A DNA stretch of 64,000 nucleotides from Candidatus Latescibacterota bacterium (GCA_965248355.1 OZ252098.1:2688001-2752000), one strand, 5' to 3'; counted from the first letter of the stretch, positions 31,510 through 45,906 are shown. Numbers and translations are program-made. Notes: generated from the letters alone by a model not told the origin.

Positions 31510-31992
31510 GTGCACGCCGAGAAACTCCTGTCCCGCTCCGACCTGCTCGACCTGCGCGCCGGCTGCCGCCGCGAGGGCCGCGTCGTGGTCTTCACCAACG
31601 GCTGCTTCGACCTGCTGCACCGCGGCCACGTGGAGTACCTGCAGGAGGCCCGGGCCCTGGGGGATCTGCTCGTGGTCGGTCTCAACGACGACGAGGGGGT
31701 GCGCCGGTTGAAGGGCCCGGGGCGCCCCCTGGTGCCGCAGCAGGACCGGGCGGCCCTGCTGTGCGCCCTCCAGGACGTGGGCGCCGTCACCCTGTTCTCC
31801 GGGACCAGCGTCGAGCCTCTCATCGCCGCCCTGCGGCCCGACGTGCTGGTCAAGGGAGGGGACTACGCTCTGGGCGACGTGGTCGGCCGCCGGGTGGTGG
31901 AGGAGGCCGGCGGCCGGGTACGGGTGCTGTGCCACGTCCGCGGCCGGTCGACGGAGACCCTTCTCGCGCGGACATCCCGGGTCTCCGGGTGA
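31510..31992 (+). CDS. rfaE2: D-glycero-beta-D-manno-heptose 1-phosphate adenylyltransferase (HldE domain II)
   Basis: VFTNGCFDLLHRGHV, VGLN, LKGPGRP, PDVLVKGGDY. Confidence 0.9.
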   Translation: MHAEKLLSRSDLLDLRAGCRREGRVVVFTNGCFDLLHRGHVEYLQEARALGDLLVVGLNDDEGVRRLKGPGRPLVPQQDRAALLCALQDVGAVTLFSGTSVEPLIAALRPDVLVKGGDYALGDVVGRRVVEEAGGRVRVLCHVRGRSTETLLARTSRVSG

Positions 31993-32053
31993 GCGCCTCC
32001 CTTCCCGCTGGACGCTACAGGACGACCTGCGCATCTTTGGGAAGGCTTCCGCC

Positions 32054-32803
32054 ATGCGAACGACCCCTTCTCTGAAACCGGTTCTCTGGCTTCTCCTGGC
32101 CGCCGCCTGGGCCGCTGGGACGGGCTGCGCCTCCACCGCTCCGTCCGCCGCTCCGTCCGCCGAGGGCGCAGAGAACGCCGCCGAGCTGCGGGAGAAGCTG
32201 GAGGCGATGGGCCGGGATCAGCAGGCTTCCGCCGACCGCGGGCAGGACCTGGCCGACCGCCTGCAGCGAGCCGAGGAAAGCCTCGCCGCCCTCCGGGACC
32301 GCGTGGCCGCTCTGGAGAGTCCCGGCGCCCCCGGCATCCCGGTCGACGCCGGCTTGAGCCCGGCGCCCAGCCCCGCCGCCAGCGCCAGCCCCGAAGCGGG
32401 CCCGGCTCCCGGCGCCGAAGGGTCGATGGACGTGGCCGCCGTCTACACCAGGTCCCGGGAGCAGCACAAGGAACGCCGCTTCGACGAGGCCGTCGCCGGA
32501 TTCTCCGAGATCCTGGAGCGGGCGCCGGACAGCGACCTCGCCGACAACGCCCGCTACTGGATCGGCGAGGCCCGCTACCTGCAGCGCAGGTTCCGCCAGG
32601 CCCTGGCCGAGTTCACCAAGGTGCACGCCTATCCCTACACCGAGAAGGCCGACGACGCCCAGCTGATGATCGCTCGGTCCTACCTGGCCCTCGGCGAGTC
32701 CGACCAGGCCATGGCGGCCTTCCGCAAGCTCCTGCAGAACTACCCCGGCAGCGAGTACGTCGACGAGTCCCGCGAGGAGCTGCGCAAGCTGGAGGGGCCG
32801 TGA
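32054..32803 (+). CDS. cpoB: Tol-Pal associated TPR lipoprotein (CpoB/YbgF)
   Basis: Lipobox GTGC, coiled coil, PDSDLADNARYWIGE, KADDA, YPGS. Confidence 0.8.
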   Translation: MRTTPSLKPVLWLLLAAAWAAGTGCASTAPSAAPSAEGAENAAELREKLEAMGRDQQASADRGQDLADRLQRAEESLAALRDRVAALESPGAPGIPVDAGLSPAPSPAASASPEAGPAPGAEGSMDVAAVYTRSREQHKERRFDEAVAGFSEILERAPDSDLADNARYWIGEARYLQRRFRQALAEFTKVHAYPYTEKADDAQLMIARSYLALGESDQAMAAFRKLLQNYPGSEYVDESREELRKLEGP

Positions 32804-33405
32804 GCCCCGCCCCCCTTCGCTTTCTGGTGCTCACCGCGGTCCTCCTCCTCCCGGCCGGCCGGGCCGGGGCCCTGGGGCCGACCAATCTCGATCTCGTCTC
32901 CCGGGCGGCATCGAGGGCCGTGCAGGAGGCGGTCTCCGGCCTCGACGCGGCCGGACAGGGCGAGGGGTTCGACAGGGTGGGCATCCAGCCCGCCGCCAGG
33001 CACGACGCCAACTGGCTCTTCGAGCATCTGCTCCTCCAGGAGTTGCTCACCCGGGGTCTGGCGGTGACCGTGGACACCTCCACGGCGGCGGCGCACCTGT
33101 CCTACCGCGTCATCGAGGTCGCCGTGAGCGGACGCTCGGCGCTGTTGAGCAACACCGTCACCCGCAGATGCCGCGTCGGAGTGCAGCTGGATCTCGATCT
33201 GGGCCAGGAGCGTCTGTGGTCCGGAGAGGGGCGGGCGCTGCTGAGGGACCGCATTCCGAAGGGCGAGTTGGAGGCGCTGCAGGATTCCCGCTTCGACTTC
33301 GCCGAGACCGAGCTGGAGAAGCGAACGTGGGGCAAGTACCTAGAACCCGTCATCGTCACCTCGGTCCTCGGATCCCTGATCTACCTCTTCTACTCGAATC
33401 GCTGA
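32800..33405 (+). CDS. Hypothetical protein with signal peptide and C-terminal TM
   Basis: Translationally coupled between cpoB and bamD; C-terminal EPVIVTSVLGSLIYLFYSNR. Confidence 0.7.
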   Translation: MSPAPLRFLVLTAVLLLPAGRAGALGPTNLDLVSRAASRAVQEAVSGLDAAGQGEGFDRVGIQPAARHDANWLFEHLLLQELLTRGLAVTVDTSTAAAHLSYRVIEVAVSGRSALLSNTVTRRCRVGVQLDLDLGQERLWSGEGRALLRDRIPKGELEALQDSRFDFAETELEKRTWGKYLEPVIVTSVLGSLIYLFYSNR

Positions 33406-34151
33406 TGTCCTCTCCCGGGCGCGCCTGGTTCCTCGTCGCGGCGGTCCTGGCCGGGTGCGCCGGCAAGACGCCGCCGCAGCTGATGGGGGCCGACTTCTAC
33501 TACGAAGAGGGGATGAAGCACTTCGAGAAGGGCCGCCATCTGCGGGCCGTGGACAGCTTCCAGCGGGTGCTGAGCAACTACCCCGGTTACGCCGAGGTCG
33601 CCGAGGCCCAGTACTACCTGGCCGAGTCCTACTTCCAACTCGAGGAGTTCGTCAGCGCCGTCTTCGAGTACGAGCGTCTCGTCGACACCTATCCCTCCAG
33701 CCCGCGGCGCGTCGAGGCCGAGTACAAGATCGGCGAGTCCCACTTCGAGCAGAGCCGCCGCGCTGATCTCGACCAGGCGGAGACCTATCAGGCCCTGGCC
33801 GCGTACCGCCGGTTCATCGAGGACAACCCCGGCAGCCCGGTGGTGGCCGACGCCAGGGGGCGCATCGCCGAATGCCGGGAACGGCTGGCCGAGAAGGACT
33901 TCCTCGCCGCCCGCCTGTACCACCGCCAGGGGCATCTGGACGCGGCGAAGATGACCTACGAGCAGATGGTCCGCGCCTACCCGGACACCGACTGGTACTG
34001 GCACGGGCTGGCCCGCCTCGGCCGCATCCACAGCCGGCAGGGACGCCCCGACGAGGCGCAGGCCCTCTGGGAGGAGGTGCTCTCGGGCTCCGGGGACGAG
34101 GACCTCCTCGAGGACGTGCGCGGGTGGATGGACGAGCAGGACGCCGAGTGA
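33405..34151 (+). CDS. bamD: Outer membrane assembly lipoprotein BamD
   Basis: Lipobox LAGC; AQYYLAESYF, YPSSP, DQAET, RLAEKDFLAARLY, YPDT. Confidence 0.85.
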   Translation: MSSPGRAWFLVAAVLAGCAGKTPPQLMGADFYYEEGMKHFEKGRHLRAVDSFQRVLSNYPGYAEVAEAQYYLAESYFQLEEFVSAVFEYERLVDTYPSSPRRVEAEYKIGESHFEQSRRADLDQAETYQALAAYRRFIEDNPGSPVVADARGRIAECRERLAEKDFLAARLYHRQGHLDAAKMTYEQMVRAYPDTDWYWHGLARLGRIHSRQGRPDEAQALWEEVLSGSGDEDLLEDVRGWMDEQDAE

Positions 34152-34155
34152 GGCC

Positions 34156-34740
34156 GTGGCCGAGCGTCTCGGCATCCTCGGAGGCACCTTCGACCCCGTC
34201 CACTGCGGCCACCTCCTCCTGGCGCGCTACGTCCTGGAGGCCCTCGCCCTCGATCGGGTGCTCTTCGTGCCCGCCGCCGAGCCGCCCCACAAGAGCGAGG
34301 TCCCGACCCCTCCCGGGCACCGCTGGCGGATGGTCTGCGCGGCCGTGGAGGGCCACGACCGGCTGGAGGCCAGCGACCTCGAGCTGCGGCGCCCGGGGGT
34401 CTCGTACACCGTCGACACCCTGCGCCGGCTGCGCGACGAGCGCCCCCACGACGAGCGCTTCCTCATCATCGGCGCCGACAACGTGCCGGAGCTGGACGGC
34501 TGGCACGACCCGGAGGGCATTCTCGAGCTGGCCACGGTAGTCGCCGGCACCCGGGTCGAGTCGGAGGCGCTGCCCTCCGGCGCCTTCGCGGACCGGATCG
34601 ATCGCGTGGACACCCCCGTCTTCGACATCTCCTCCACCGAGATCCGGCGCCGGGTGCGCACCGGCCGGCCGGTGCGCTGCCTGGTGCCCGAGGCCGTGGA
34701 GCGCTACATCGCCGCTCACGGGCTCTACGGAGCCCCGTGA
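34156..34740 (+). CDS. nadD: Nicotinate-nucleotide adenylyltransferase
   Basis: GGTFDPVHCGH, PPHK, SYTVDT, IIGAD, ISSTEIR. Confidence 0.95.
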   Translation: MAERLGILGGTFDPVHCGHLLLARYVLEALALDRVLFVPAAEPPHKSEVPTPPGHRWRMVCAAVEGHDRLEASDLELRRPGVSYTVDTLRRLRDERPHDERFLIIGADNVPELDGWHDPEGILELATVVAGTRVESEALPSGAFADRIDRVDTPVFDISSTEIRRRVRTGRPVRCLVPEAVERYIAAHGLYGAP

Positions 34741-35909
34741 GCGCGTCCTTCTTCACCCACCTGGAGTGCACGCGCACCGGCGCGCGCTACGACCTCGACG
34801 GCCTGCACAACCTCTCCGTGGCCGGCGCCCCCCTCTTCGCGTGCTACGACCTGGCCGCCGCCCGCGGCGCCGTGAGCCGCGAGGAGGTGTCCGGGCGGGC
34901 GCCTTCCATGTGGCGCTACCGCGAGGTCATGCCCCTGCGCCCCGGGGACGAGATCGTCACCCTCGACGAGGGCTGGACGCCCCTGCGGAGGGCCCGGCGC
35001 CTGGGAGACTGGTGCGGCTTCCGCCGCCTGTGGGTCAAGGACGAGTCCGTCAACCCCACCGGGTCCTTCAAGGCCCGGGGCCTGTCCGCCGCGGTCACCG
35101 CCGCCGCCGCCCGGGGGGCCGTGAAGGTCGCCATCCCAACGGCAGGCAACGCCGGCGGCGCCCTGGCCGCCTACGCCGCCGTGGCCGGTCTGGAGTGCCA
35201 CGTCTTCATGCCGAGGGACACGCCCGCCGCCTTCCAGGTCGAGGTGAGCGCCTGCGGCGCCCGCCTGGAGCTGGTGGACGGCCTGATCACCGACTGCGGG
35301 CGGATCGTCGGCGAGCGCCGCCAGGCCGAGGGCTGGTTCGACATGTCCACCCTGAAGGAGCCCTACCGGGTGGAGGGCAAGAAGACCATGGGCTACGAGC
35401 TGGCCGAGCAGTTCGGCTGGAGCCTGCCCGACGTCATCGTCTACCCCACCGGCGGGGGCACCGGGCTCATCGGCATGTGGAAGGCCTTCGAGGAGCTGGA
35501 GCAGCTCGGCTGGATCGAGCCGGGCCGCCGGCCGAGCATGGTCTCGGTGCAGGCCGCCGGCTGCGCCCCCATCGTGCGCGCCTTCGAGGCCGGCCACGAG
35601 TCCGCCGAGCCCTGGACCGACGCCCGCACCATCGCCTCGGGCCTGCGCGTGCCCGGCGCCGTGGCCGACTTCCTCATGCTGCGGGCCCTGCGCGAGAGCG
35701 GCGGCACCGCGGTGGCCGTCACCGACGAGGAGCTGGTCGCCTCGAGCCGGGACCTGGCGCGGCACACGGGGATCTTCCCGGCCCCGGAGGGCGGCGCCAC
35801 CCTCGCCGCCCTGCTGGCCCTCAAGGAGCGCGGCTGGCTCGGCGGCGACGAGCGCGTGGTGCTTTTCAACACCGGGTCGGGGTACAAGTACCTGGAGGCG
35901 CTGTCTTGA
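34737..35909 (+). CDS. thrC: Threonine synthase (PLP fold II)
   Basis: SMWRY, NPTGSFKARG, TAGNAG, EGKKTMGYE, YPTGGGTG, FNTGSGYKY. Confidence 0.85.
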   Translation: MSASFFTHLECTRTGARYDLDGLHNLSVAGAPLFACYDLAAARGAVSREEVSGRAPSMWRYREVMPLRPGDEIVTLDEGWTPLRRARRLGDWCGFRRLWVKDESVNPTGSFKARGLSAAVTAAAARGAVKVAIPTAGNAGGALAAYAAVAGLECHVFMPRDTPAAFQVEVSACGARLELVDGLITDCGRIVGERRQAEGWFDMSTLKEPYRVEGKKTMGYELAEQFGWSLPDVIVYPTGGGTGLIGMWKAFEELEQLGWIEPGRRPSMVSVQAAGCAPIVRAFEAGHESAEPWTDARTIASGLRVPGAVADFLMLRALRESGGTAVAVTDEELVASSRDLARHTGIFPAPEGGATLAALLALKERGWLGGDERVVLFNTGSGYKYLEALS

Positions 35910-35949
35910 CGATGTAGGGGGCCGGCGTACCTTCTGAACTCCGGTCCGT

Positions 35950-36026
35950 GCACCTATAGCTCAATTGGATAGAGCATCTGACTACGGATCAGAAGGTTGG
36001 GGGTTCGAGTCCTCCTGGGTGCACCA
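35950..36026 (+). tRNA. tRNA-Arg(ACG); island integration site
   Basis: GCACCTA...TGGGTGC-A-CCA; anticodon arm TCTGA-CTACGGA-TCAGA. Confidence 0.95.
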
Positions 36027-36154
36027 AACAAAAAAACGCAATCGGCCTCCCTGACCGACGCCTCCCTGCTCCGCGCCTCCTCCGGCAACGCCGCCTCGAT
36101 CTCGACTTCGTCCTGCACGACTGACCAGCAGCCCCGCCCGATCCTCTCGGCACG

Positions 36155-39742
<3,588 letters not shown>

Positions 39743-39778
39743 GTGAGCGCACGCCAACATCTGGAGGGACATTCAATT

Positions 39779-40189
39779 ATGGAGCAGAAGCAAGAGCGCC
39801 CCAACGGGAAGGACAGTGCTGATCCAGAATTGACCGAGGCGCTCTACGATCTCAGAAACGTTTGGGATGAGGCGCGTGAGGAAGGCTTCCCAGTGCCCTC
39901 CGATACAGCACTTCAGAATGCAGAAGTCTTGTTGAAGGAAGTATATGGGATTTTTCCACGCCGGTTCGAGGTTTATCCCACGCCGGACGGCGAGATTGCC
40001 ATAGACGCCCCGGGGGGGCCCGGACGATCGGTTCTGTTGCTGTGCGGATCGGAAGGGGGTGCGCTGTGTCTGGTGAATATGAGCGGAGATCATCGGCGCG
40101 CCAGGTATTCTACCACCGAGACCCTCCCCGACGGCTTTGTGCGTGAGGCATTGGACGAACTGGAACCTGAGAGCGAACAGGCGCCGTGA
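39779..40189 (+). CDS. Hypothetical acidic protein, candidate antitoxin/immunity partner
   Basis: GGAGG RBS; WD..P..A, YPTPDGEI motif; coupled to the next gene. Confidence 0.65.
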   Translation: MEQKQERPNGKDSADPELTEALYDLRNVWDEAREEGFPVPSDTALQNAEVLLKEVYGIFPRRFEVYPTPDGEIAIDAPGGPGRSVLLLCGSEGGALCLVNMSGDHRRARYSTTETLPDGFVREALDELEPESEQAP

Positions 40190-40605
40190 AGGTCCCAAGG
40201 GAGATTGCGTCGGAGGAAGAGCTCGGGCGGGGGGTATTCTCCAGGCGGCATGCGGAGCGCGGGAAGCGCTCCAGAGCCCCACATCACATTTTCCTCGAAA
40301 AACCAGGGACAACCGATATTTCTGTCGACCGGCTCAGCGTCGCGCCGCAGGATGAGGCCGTTGCAATCGCTGAGGACGCAGCGGTGGCCCGTGACGCCAC
40401 CTTCTACGGATGGGCCTTGGTCTCCGCCGACGAGGCGGGCAGGAATGCGCGGCAGGTGATCTCCAGTCCGGTATGTTCCAATCCGTACCATGCTGATATC
40501 GTCCTGCCGGAGGCAACTGCCGAAGATCGGGAAGAACAGAAGCGCCACGCGCAAGAACTGGCAGATGCTTCACACTGGCGCAGCCGTCCGAATTCTCCAC
40601 GATGA
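40186..40605 (+). CDS. Hypothetical protein, possible ADP-ribosyltransferase-fold (RES/Tse2-like) toxin
   Basis: EELGRGV...ISVDR...NPYHADI (R-S-H pattern); GTGA/ATGA coupling on both sides. Confidence 0.55.
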   Translation: MKVPREIASEEELGRGVFSRRHAERGKRSRAPHHIFLEKPGTTDISVDRLSVAPQDEAVAIAEDAAVARDATFYGWALVSADEAGRNARQVISSPVCSNPYHADIVLPEATAEDREEQKRHAQELADASHWRSRPNSPR

Positions 40606-43600
40606 CCGTTGCCCGCAAGAAGCTCATCGAGGTAGCCCTGCCCCTCGACGCCATCAACGCCGCGTCGGCGCGGGAGAAGTCGATCCGCCACGGGCACCCG
40701 AGCACCCTGCACCTCTGGTGGGCTCGCCGGCCCCTGGCCGCGGCGCGGGCGGTGATCTTCTCCCAGATGGTGGACGATCCCTCGGCCTGCCCCGAGGAGT
40801 TCCCCACCGAGGAGGACCAGAAGCAGGAGCGCGAGCGGCTCTTCGCCCTCATCGAGAAACTGGTCCTCTGGGAGAACATCACCAACGAGGAGTTGCTGCA
40901 ACAGGCGCGGGCGGAGATCCACAGGAGCTGGCGCCGCACCTGCGCCGACAATGCCGGGCATCCACGTGTCGCCGAGCTGTTCGACCCGGACAGGCTGCCG
41001 GCCTTCCACGATCCCTTCGCAGGCGGCGGCGCCCTGCCGCTGGAGGCGCAGCGCCTGGGGCTGGAGGCCCATGCCAGCGACCTCAACCCGGTGGCGGTGC
41101 TGATCAACAAGGCGATGATCGAGATCCCGCCGAAGTTCGCCGGCCGGCCGCCGGTCAACCCGGAGGCGCGGCCCGGCGGGTCGTCGGCCAAGGCGTCCCT
41201 GATCGAGCGCGGCTGGACCGGCGCGCAGGGGCTCGCCGAGGACGTGCGCTACTACGGGCAGTGGATGCGCGACGAGGCGGAGCGGCGCATCGGACATCTG
41301 TATCCGCCCGTCGAGGTCACTGCGGAGATGGTGCGGGAGCGGCCCGACCTCAAGCAGTACCAGGGCCGCAAGCTGACGGTGATCGCCTGGCTGTGGGCGC
41401 GCACGGTGAAGAGCCCGAACCCGGCCTTCGCCGACATCGAGGTGCCGCTGGCCTCGACCTTCATGCTGTCGACGAAGCGGGGCAAGGAGGCGTACGTCGA
41501 GCCGGTGATCGAGGGGCGCGGGTACCGGTTCGCGGTGAAGGTGGGGGAGCCGCCGGATGCCGAGGCGGCAAAGGCGGGGACCAAGTTGGCACGGGGAGCG
41601 AACTTCCGTTGTCTGATGTCAGGTACACCGCTCACCGCGGGCTACATTCGGACAGAAGCACAGGCCGGGCGCATGGGCACACGGCTGATGGTGATCGTGG
41701 CAGAGGGGGATCGGGGACGTGTTTATCTCTCACCTGCCGACGGCCATGCGGCAATAGCAAGGACTGCTAAGCCGGAGTGGAAGCCTGACCTCAAAGTGAC
41801 GACGCCGTGCCATGATGTGGACCGGTTACCGATGTACGGGATGCCGACATGGGGCGACGCCTTCACCCCCCGCCAACTCGTTGCCCTGACCACCTTCTCC
41901 GACTTGGTCGCGGAAGCAATGGAGCGGGTCAAGCAGGATGCCGTCACCGGTGCGTCCAAGTATGATTGTCGCCCCCCTTACGGCGGCGAGGCCCGGTCTG
42001 CCAAGTCCGGCTCAGGAGCGGGTGCATTGGAACGAGGCGCGCCCGATACCGCCCGCATGTCCGACAATAGCCAGCCCCTGCGGGATGGGGATGCCGGAGT
42101 CCCTGACGACGGCATCCGCCTAACGGAAGGCGGCCTCGGCGCCACAGCATATGCCGATGCGGTGGGGGCGTATCTGGCGGTTGCGCTCAGTCGGCTAACC
42201 GACATATGCAACGCCCTCTGCCGATGGGAAATCACGAAAACGCAAGTGCGTAATCTCTTTGGCCGGCAAGCGATTCCAATGCTCTGGGACTTCGCTGAGA
42301 ACAACGTGTTTGGCAGCGTTGCGGGCGACTACATGGTGAGCCTCGGGAATATGGCGAAGGCCCTCGAAAAAATGCCCGCGTATGGAATTGGTGCTGTGGA
42401 CCAAGGCAGCGCTCAAACACAGGCCGTCAGCAGGGACAAACTGATCACTACGGATCCTCCATATTACGACAACATCGGCTACGCGGACCTGTCTGATTTC
42501 TTCTACGTCTGGCTGCGCCGCTCGCTCAGGCCAGTCTTCCCCTCCCTCTTTGCCACGCTTGCCGTACCGAAGGCCGAAGAACTGGTCGCAACGCCCTATC
42601 GACACGGTAGCAAGGAAGAAGCGGAGACCTTCTTTCTCGAGGGTATGACCCAAGCAATGCGCCGCCTCGCCGAACAGGCGCACGATGGCTTTCCCGTCTC
42701 CATTTACTACGCCTTCAAGCAGTCCGAGACCAAAGGTGACTCCGGGATTTCCAGCACCGGCTGGGAGACCTTCCTGGCCGCGGTGATCCAGTCAGGCTTT
42801 GCCGTCACTGGCACTTGGCCGATGCGCACTGAACTGGGCAACCGCATGGTTGGCATGGGCACCAACGCCCTCGCCTCCAGCATCGTCCTCGTCTGTCGCA
42901 ACCGCCCACAAGATGCGCCCCTGGCTACCCGCCGTGAGTTCGTCGGCGCCCTCAAGGCCGAGTTACCCTCGGCCCTCGCGCACCTGCAATCCGGCAACAT
43001 CGCCCCGGTCGATCTCGCACAGGCCGCCATCGGCCCGGGCATGGCGGTCTACACCCGCTACGCCAAGGTGCTCGACGCCCAAGGCAATCCAGTCTCCGTG
43101 CGGGACGGCTTGGCGCTGATCAACCAGACCCTCGACGAGGTCCTGACCGAGCAGGAAGGGGAGTTCGACGCCGACACCCGCTGGGCCCTGGCTTGGTTCG
43201 AGCAGCAGGGCTTCACCGCCGGGGAGTACGGCGTGGCCGAGACCCTGTCCACCGCAAAGAACACCAGCGTCGTCGGCATGGAGGAGGCGGGCATCTTGGA
43301 GTCGAAGGCCGGCGAGGTGCGGCTGCTCCGCCCCGAGGAGCTGCCCGAGGACTGGGACCCGACCGCGGACCGTAGGCTTCCCGTCTGGGAGGTCGTCCAC
43401 CACCTCGTGCGCGTCTTTGGAGTCCGGCGGCGAGACCGGAGCCGCGCGCCTCGTGAGACAACTCGGTGGCGTCGCCGACACCGCGCGCGAACTCGCCTAC
43501 CGCCTGTACACGGTCGCCGAGCGAAAGAACCGCGCCGCCGAAGCGCTGTCGTACAACGCCCTCGTCCGAAGCTGGCCGGAGATCGCTCGCTTGGCGCGAC

Positions 43601-43689
43601 AGGAGGCCCCCGCGGAGCAGGTCCGGCTGTTCGGCGATGGGGATGCTGAGGATGAGGATGAGGATGAGGATGAGGATGAGGCGGTATGA
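40602..43689 (+). CDS. DUF1156-family DNA amino-methyltransferase (apparent 1-nt insertion near 43417)
   Basis: [28 protein letters not shown] (motif I), TDPPYYDN (motif IV); family-like C-terminus (ARELAYRLY...[11 protein letters not shown]) in the other frame, 43417..43689. Confidence 0.88.
43648..43680 (+). repeat. (GAGGAT)n microsatellite encoding an ED-repeat acidic tail
   Basis: gaggat x5 + gag at the methylase 3' end. Confidence 0.9.
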
Positions 43690-43797
43690 GCATGTCCTGA
43701 ATGGGAAATTTCGATGATGCAGCGGATGGAAAGGGAAGAAGGAAGACGGTGTACGAAGCAGATGATGGAACTCACCCTCGAACCAAGGACTGACGCT

Positions 43798-45027
43798 ATG
43801 TCCCAACCAGAGAAGAAGAACCAACTCCATCTCCCGACCCTTTCTATTTCGGGCTTTCGGGGTATCAGGGCGCTTTCCATTGAGCGGTTGGGGCGGGTGA
43901 CTCTGCTGGCAGGCACGAATGGTGTCGGCAAGACGACCGTTCTGGATGCCGTGCAAGTGTACGCCAGCCGAGGTCGTCCCTCTGTAATCGGCGAATTACT
44001 GAAGAGCCGCCAAGAGATTTCGACGGCCATTAACGAAAAGGGAGAGCAGGAATTCGTCGCTGATCTTGTAGCACTCTTCAACGGCAGAAATGTCAAAGGG
44101 GAATCCTACATTTCGGTTGGACCGACACAGGAGACGAGCCAGCTCAGGATCGAGGAGACCCAATTGAGCGCGGACCAGACTTCGAAACTTGCAGGGAAGT
44201 CCATACCTGGGTCATCAGACTATACTCGAGCATTCAAGGTCAAATTTGCCCACACCGAACAGACCCTTCCGTGGGTGCTACCCACCTACGGTTCATCGGT
44301 GAGTCGAGGGATCAAAGATCAGAGTGGGAGCGCGTACCTTTACGCCCAGAGTCTGTTTGACGACGGTAAGTCCCCAAAGCGCATGAGATGTCAGCCCTTG
44401 GGTCCGGGTCTCCTAAGCAACGAGGAGATTACCAAATTGTGGGCTGGTATAGCTCTGACAGATGTTGAGGACCGGGCGGTCGATGCATTGAAGTGGATCG
44501 TCGGAAGTGAAGTGGACAGAGTGGCCGTCATTGACGAAGGTGCCCCAAAGAAAGAAGATCGTAGTAAGGGAGGATTGCAAAGAGTATGGGAGGCGGTAGT
44601 GGGTGACGTGCCCACTGACGAAGGCCATGGTCGGCGGGTGGCCATAAAGCTGCGAGGGCAGTCAGGCCGAATCCCCCTTAACAGCTTGGGTGACGGGGCA
44701 CTCCGTCTGTCAGGAATTACGTTGGCACTGGCGAACAATCAGGACGGCTTTCTGATCATCGATGAAGTCGAGAACGGTTTTCACCATTCGTTGCACCGCG
44801 AGTTCTGGCACATGGTCCTTAGTTCCGCGGAAGAAAACAACGTGCAAGTTCTGGCTACGACACACAGTTTCGACTGCATGCAGGGCTTCGCTCAGGCCTT
44901 AGGTGATTGTAGCGAGATCGAGGGGGCACTCGTGCGAATAGAGAAAGAGAATGGGGAACACCGGGCGGTCGAGTACTCGGAGCGCAATCTTCAGGCCGCC
45001 AGCGAGCATGGCATTGAGGTGAGATAG
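43798..45027 (+). CDS. ABC/AAA_21-type ATPase
   Basis: GFRGI, GTNGVGKTT, LGDG signature, IIDEVENGFH, TTHS. Confidence 0.9.
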   Translation: MSQPEKKNQLHLPTLSISGFRGIRALSIERLGRVTLLAGTNGVGKTTVLDAVQVYASRGRPSVIGELLKSRQEISTAINEKGEQEFVADLVALFNGRNVKGESYISVGPTQETSQLRIEETQLSADQTSKLAGKSIPGSSDYTRAFKVKFAHTEQTLPWVLPTYGSSVSRGIKDQSGSAYLYAQSLFDDGKSPKRMRCQPLGPGLLSNEEITKLWAGIALTDVEDRAVDALKWIVGSEVDRVAVIDEGAPKKEDRSKGGLQRVWEAVVGDVPTDEGHGRRVAIKLRGQSGRIPLNSLGDGALRLSGITLALANNQDGFLIIDEVENGFHHSLHREFWHMVLSSAEENNVQVLATTHSFDCMQGFAQALGDCSEIEGALVRIEKENGEHRAVEYSERNLQAASEHGIEVR

Positions 45028-45029
45028 CT

Positions 45030-45667
45030 ATGGACGGCAAGGAGCGCGTACTTCTTGTGGAGGGGCAGGACGACAAGCATGTGGTATTGAACTATTGTAG
45101 GCGTCATGCGGGAATGCCAAAGTTCTGCATTTCGGAGAAGGAGGATGAGGCAGGTATGGGGGGGATAGATGTGCTTCTCGAAGATCTGGGCGCCGAGATC
45201 CTGGTTCCAGGCCGCAAGGCCATAGGTGTCCTCGTGGATGCAGACAGGGATCTGGCTGCCCGGTGGATGGCAGTCTCGCAGAGACTTCGTGAGGAGGGAA
45301 TTGAGGTGCCTGGAAGTCCAGAGCCCAGTGGTACTCTGATACAGGAAACTGGCAACAGCCCGCGCGTGGGTATCTGGCTTATGCCCGACAATAGTTCATC
45401 CGGTGAACTTGAGGATTTCGTCTCCGCGATGATCCCCGAGGACGACCCGATTTGGCCCTTGGCTGAAAGCTATGTCGATGGCATCCCAAAGGAACATCGG
45501 AAGTTCACAACAAAGAAGATTCGTCGGGCAAAGGTTCATGCCTGGTTGGCGACAAGAAGGAAACCCAAGCAAATGGGGGCGGCCATCGGCGCTGGGATTT
45601 GTGCGTACGAGGTTCACTCAGCGAGGGATTTGGCAATTGGCTGAAGCAACTATTCTCGTTGGAGTGA
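45030..45667 (+). CDS. DUF3226-like TOPRIM-fold protein (apparent 1-nt deletion near 45595)
   Basis: LLVEGQDD, VDAD, WLMPDN..GELEDF, KVHAWLA; adding one G gives GAGDL...FGNWLKQLF with stop at 45667. Confidence 0.75.
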
Positions 45668-45906
45668 CCGTGTGCACATCGAGCAGATTGAGAGCAAGAA
45701 CTACCGCTCGTATCAAGCAAACCCGCGTTCCGACCCCGCGGATGACTGTGGTTGTCGGAGCATGGCTTTGGAAGTCCACCGTGTGCGGCCTATTCTCCTT
45801 ACGTCATGGAGGGCCTAACGGAGACCGCCGACACCGCGGGCCGTTGCGACCTCCGGAAACTGTGAGCGCAGGGAAGAGGAGACCGATTAGAGTCCTTGGA
45901 GATAGA

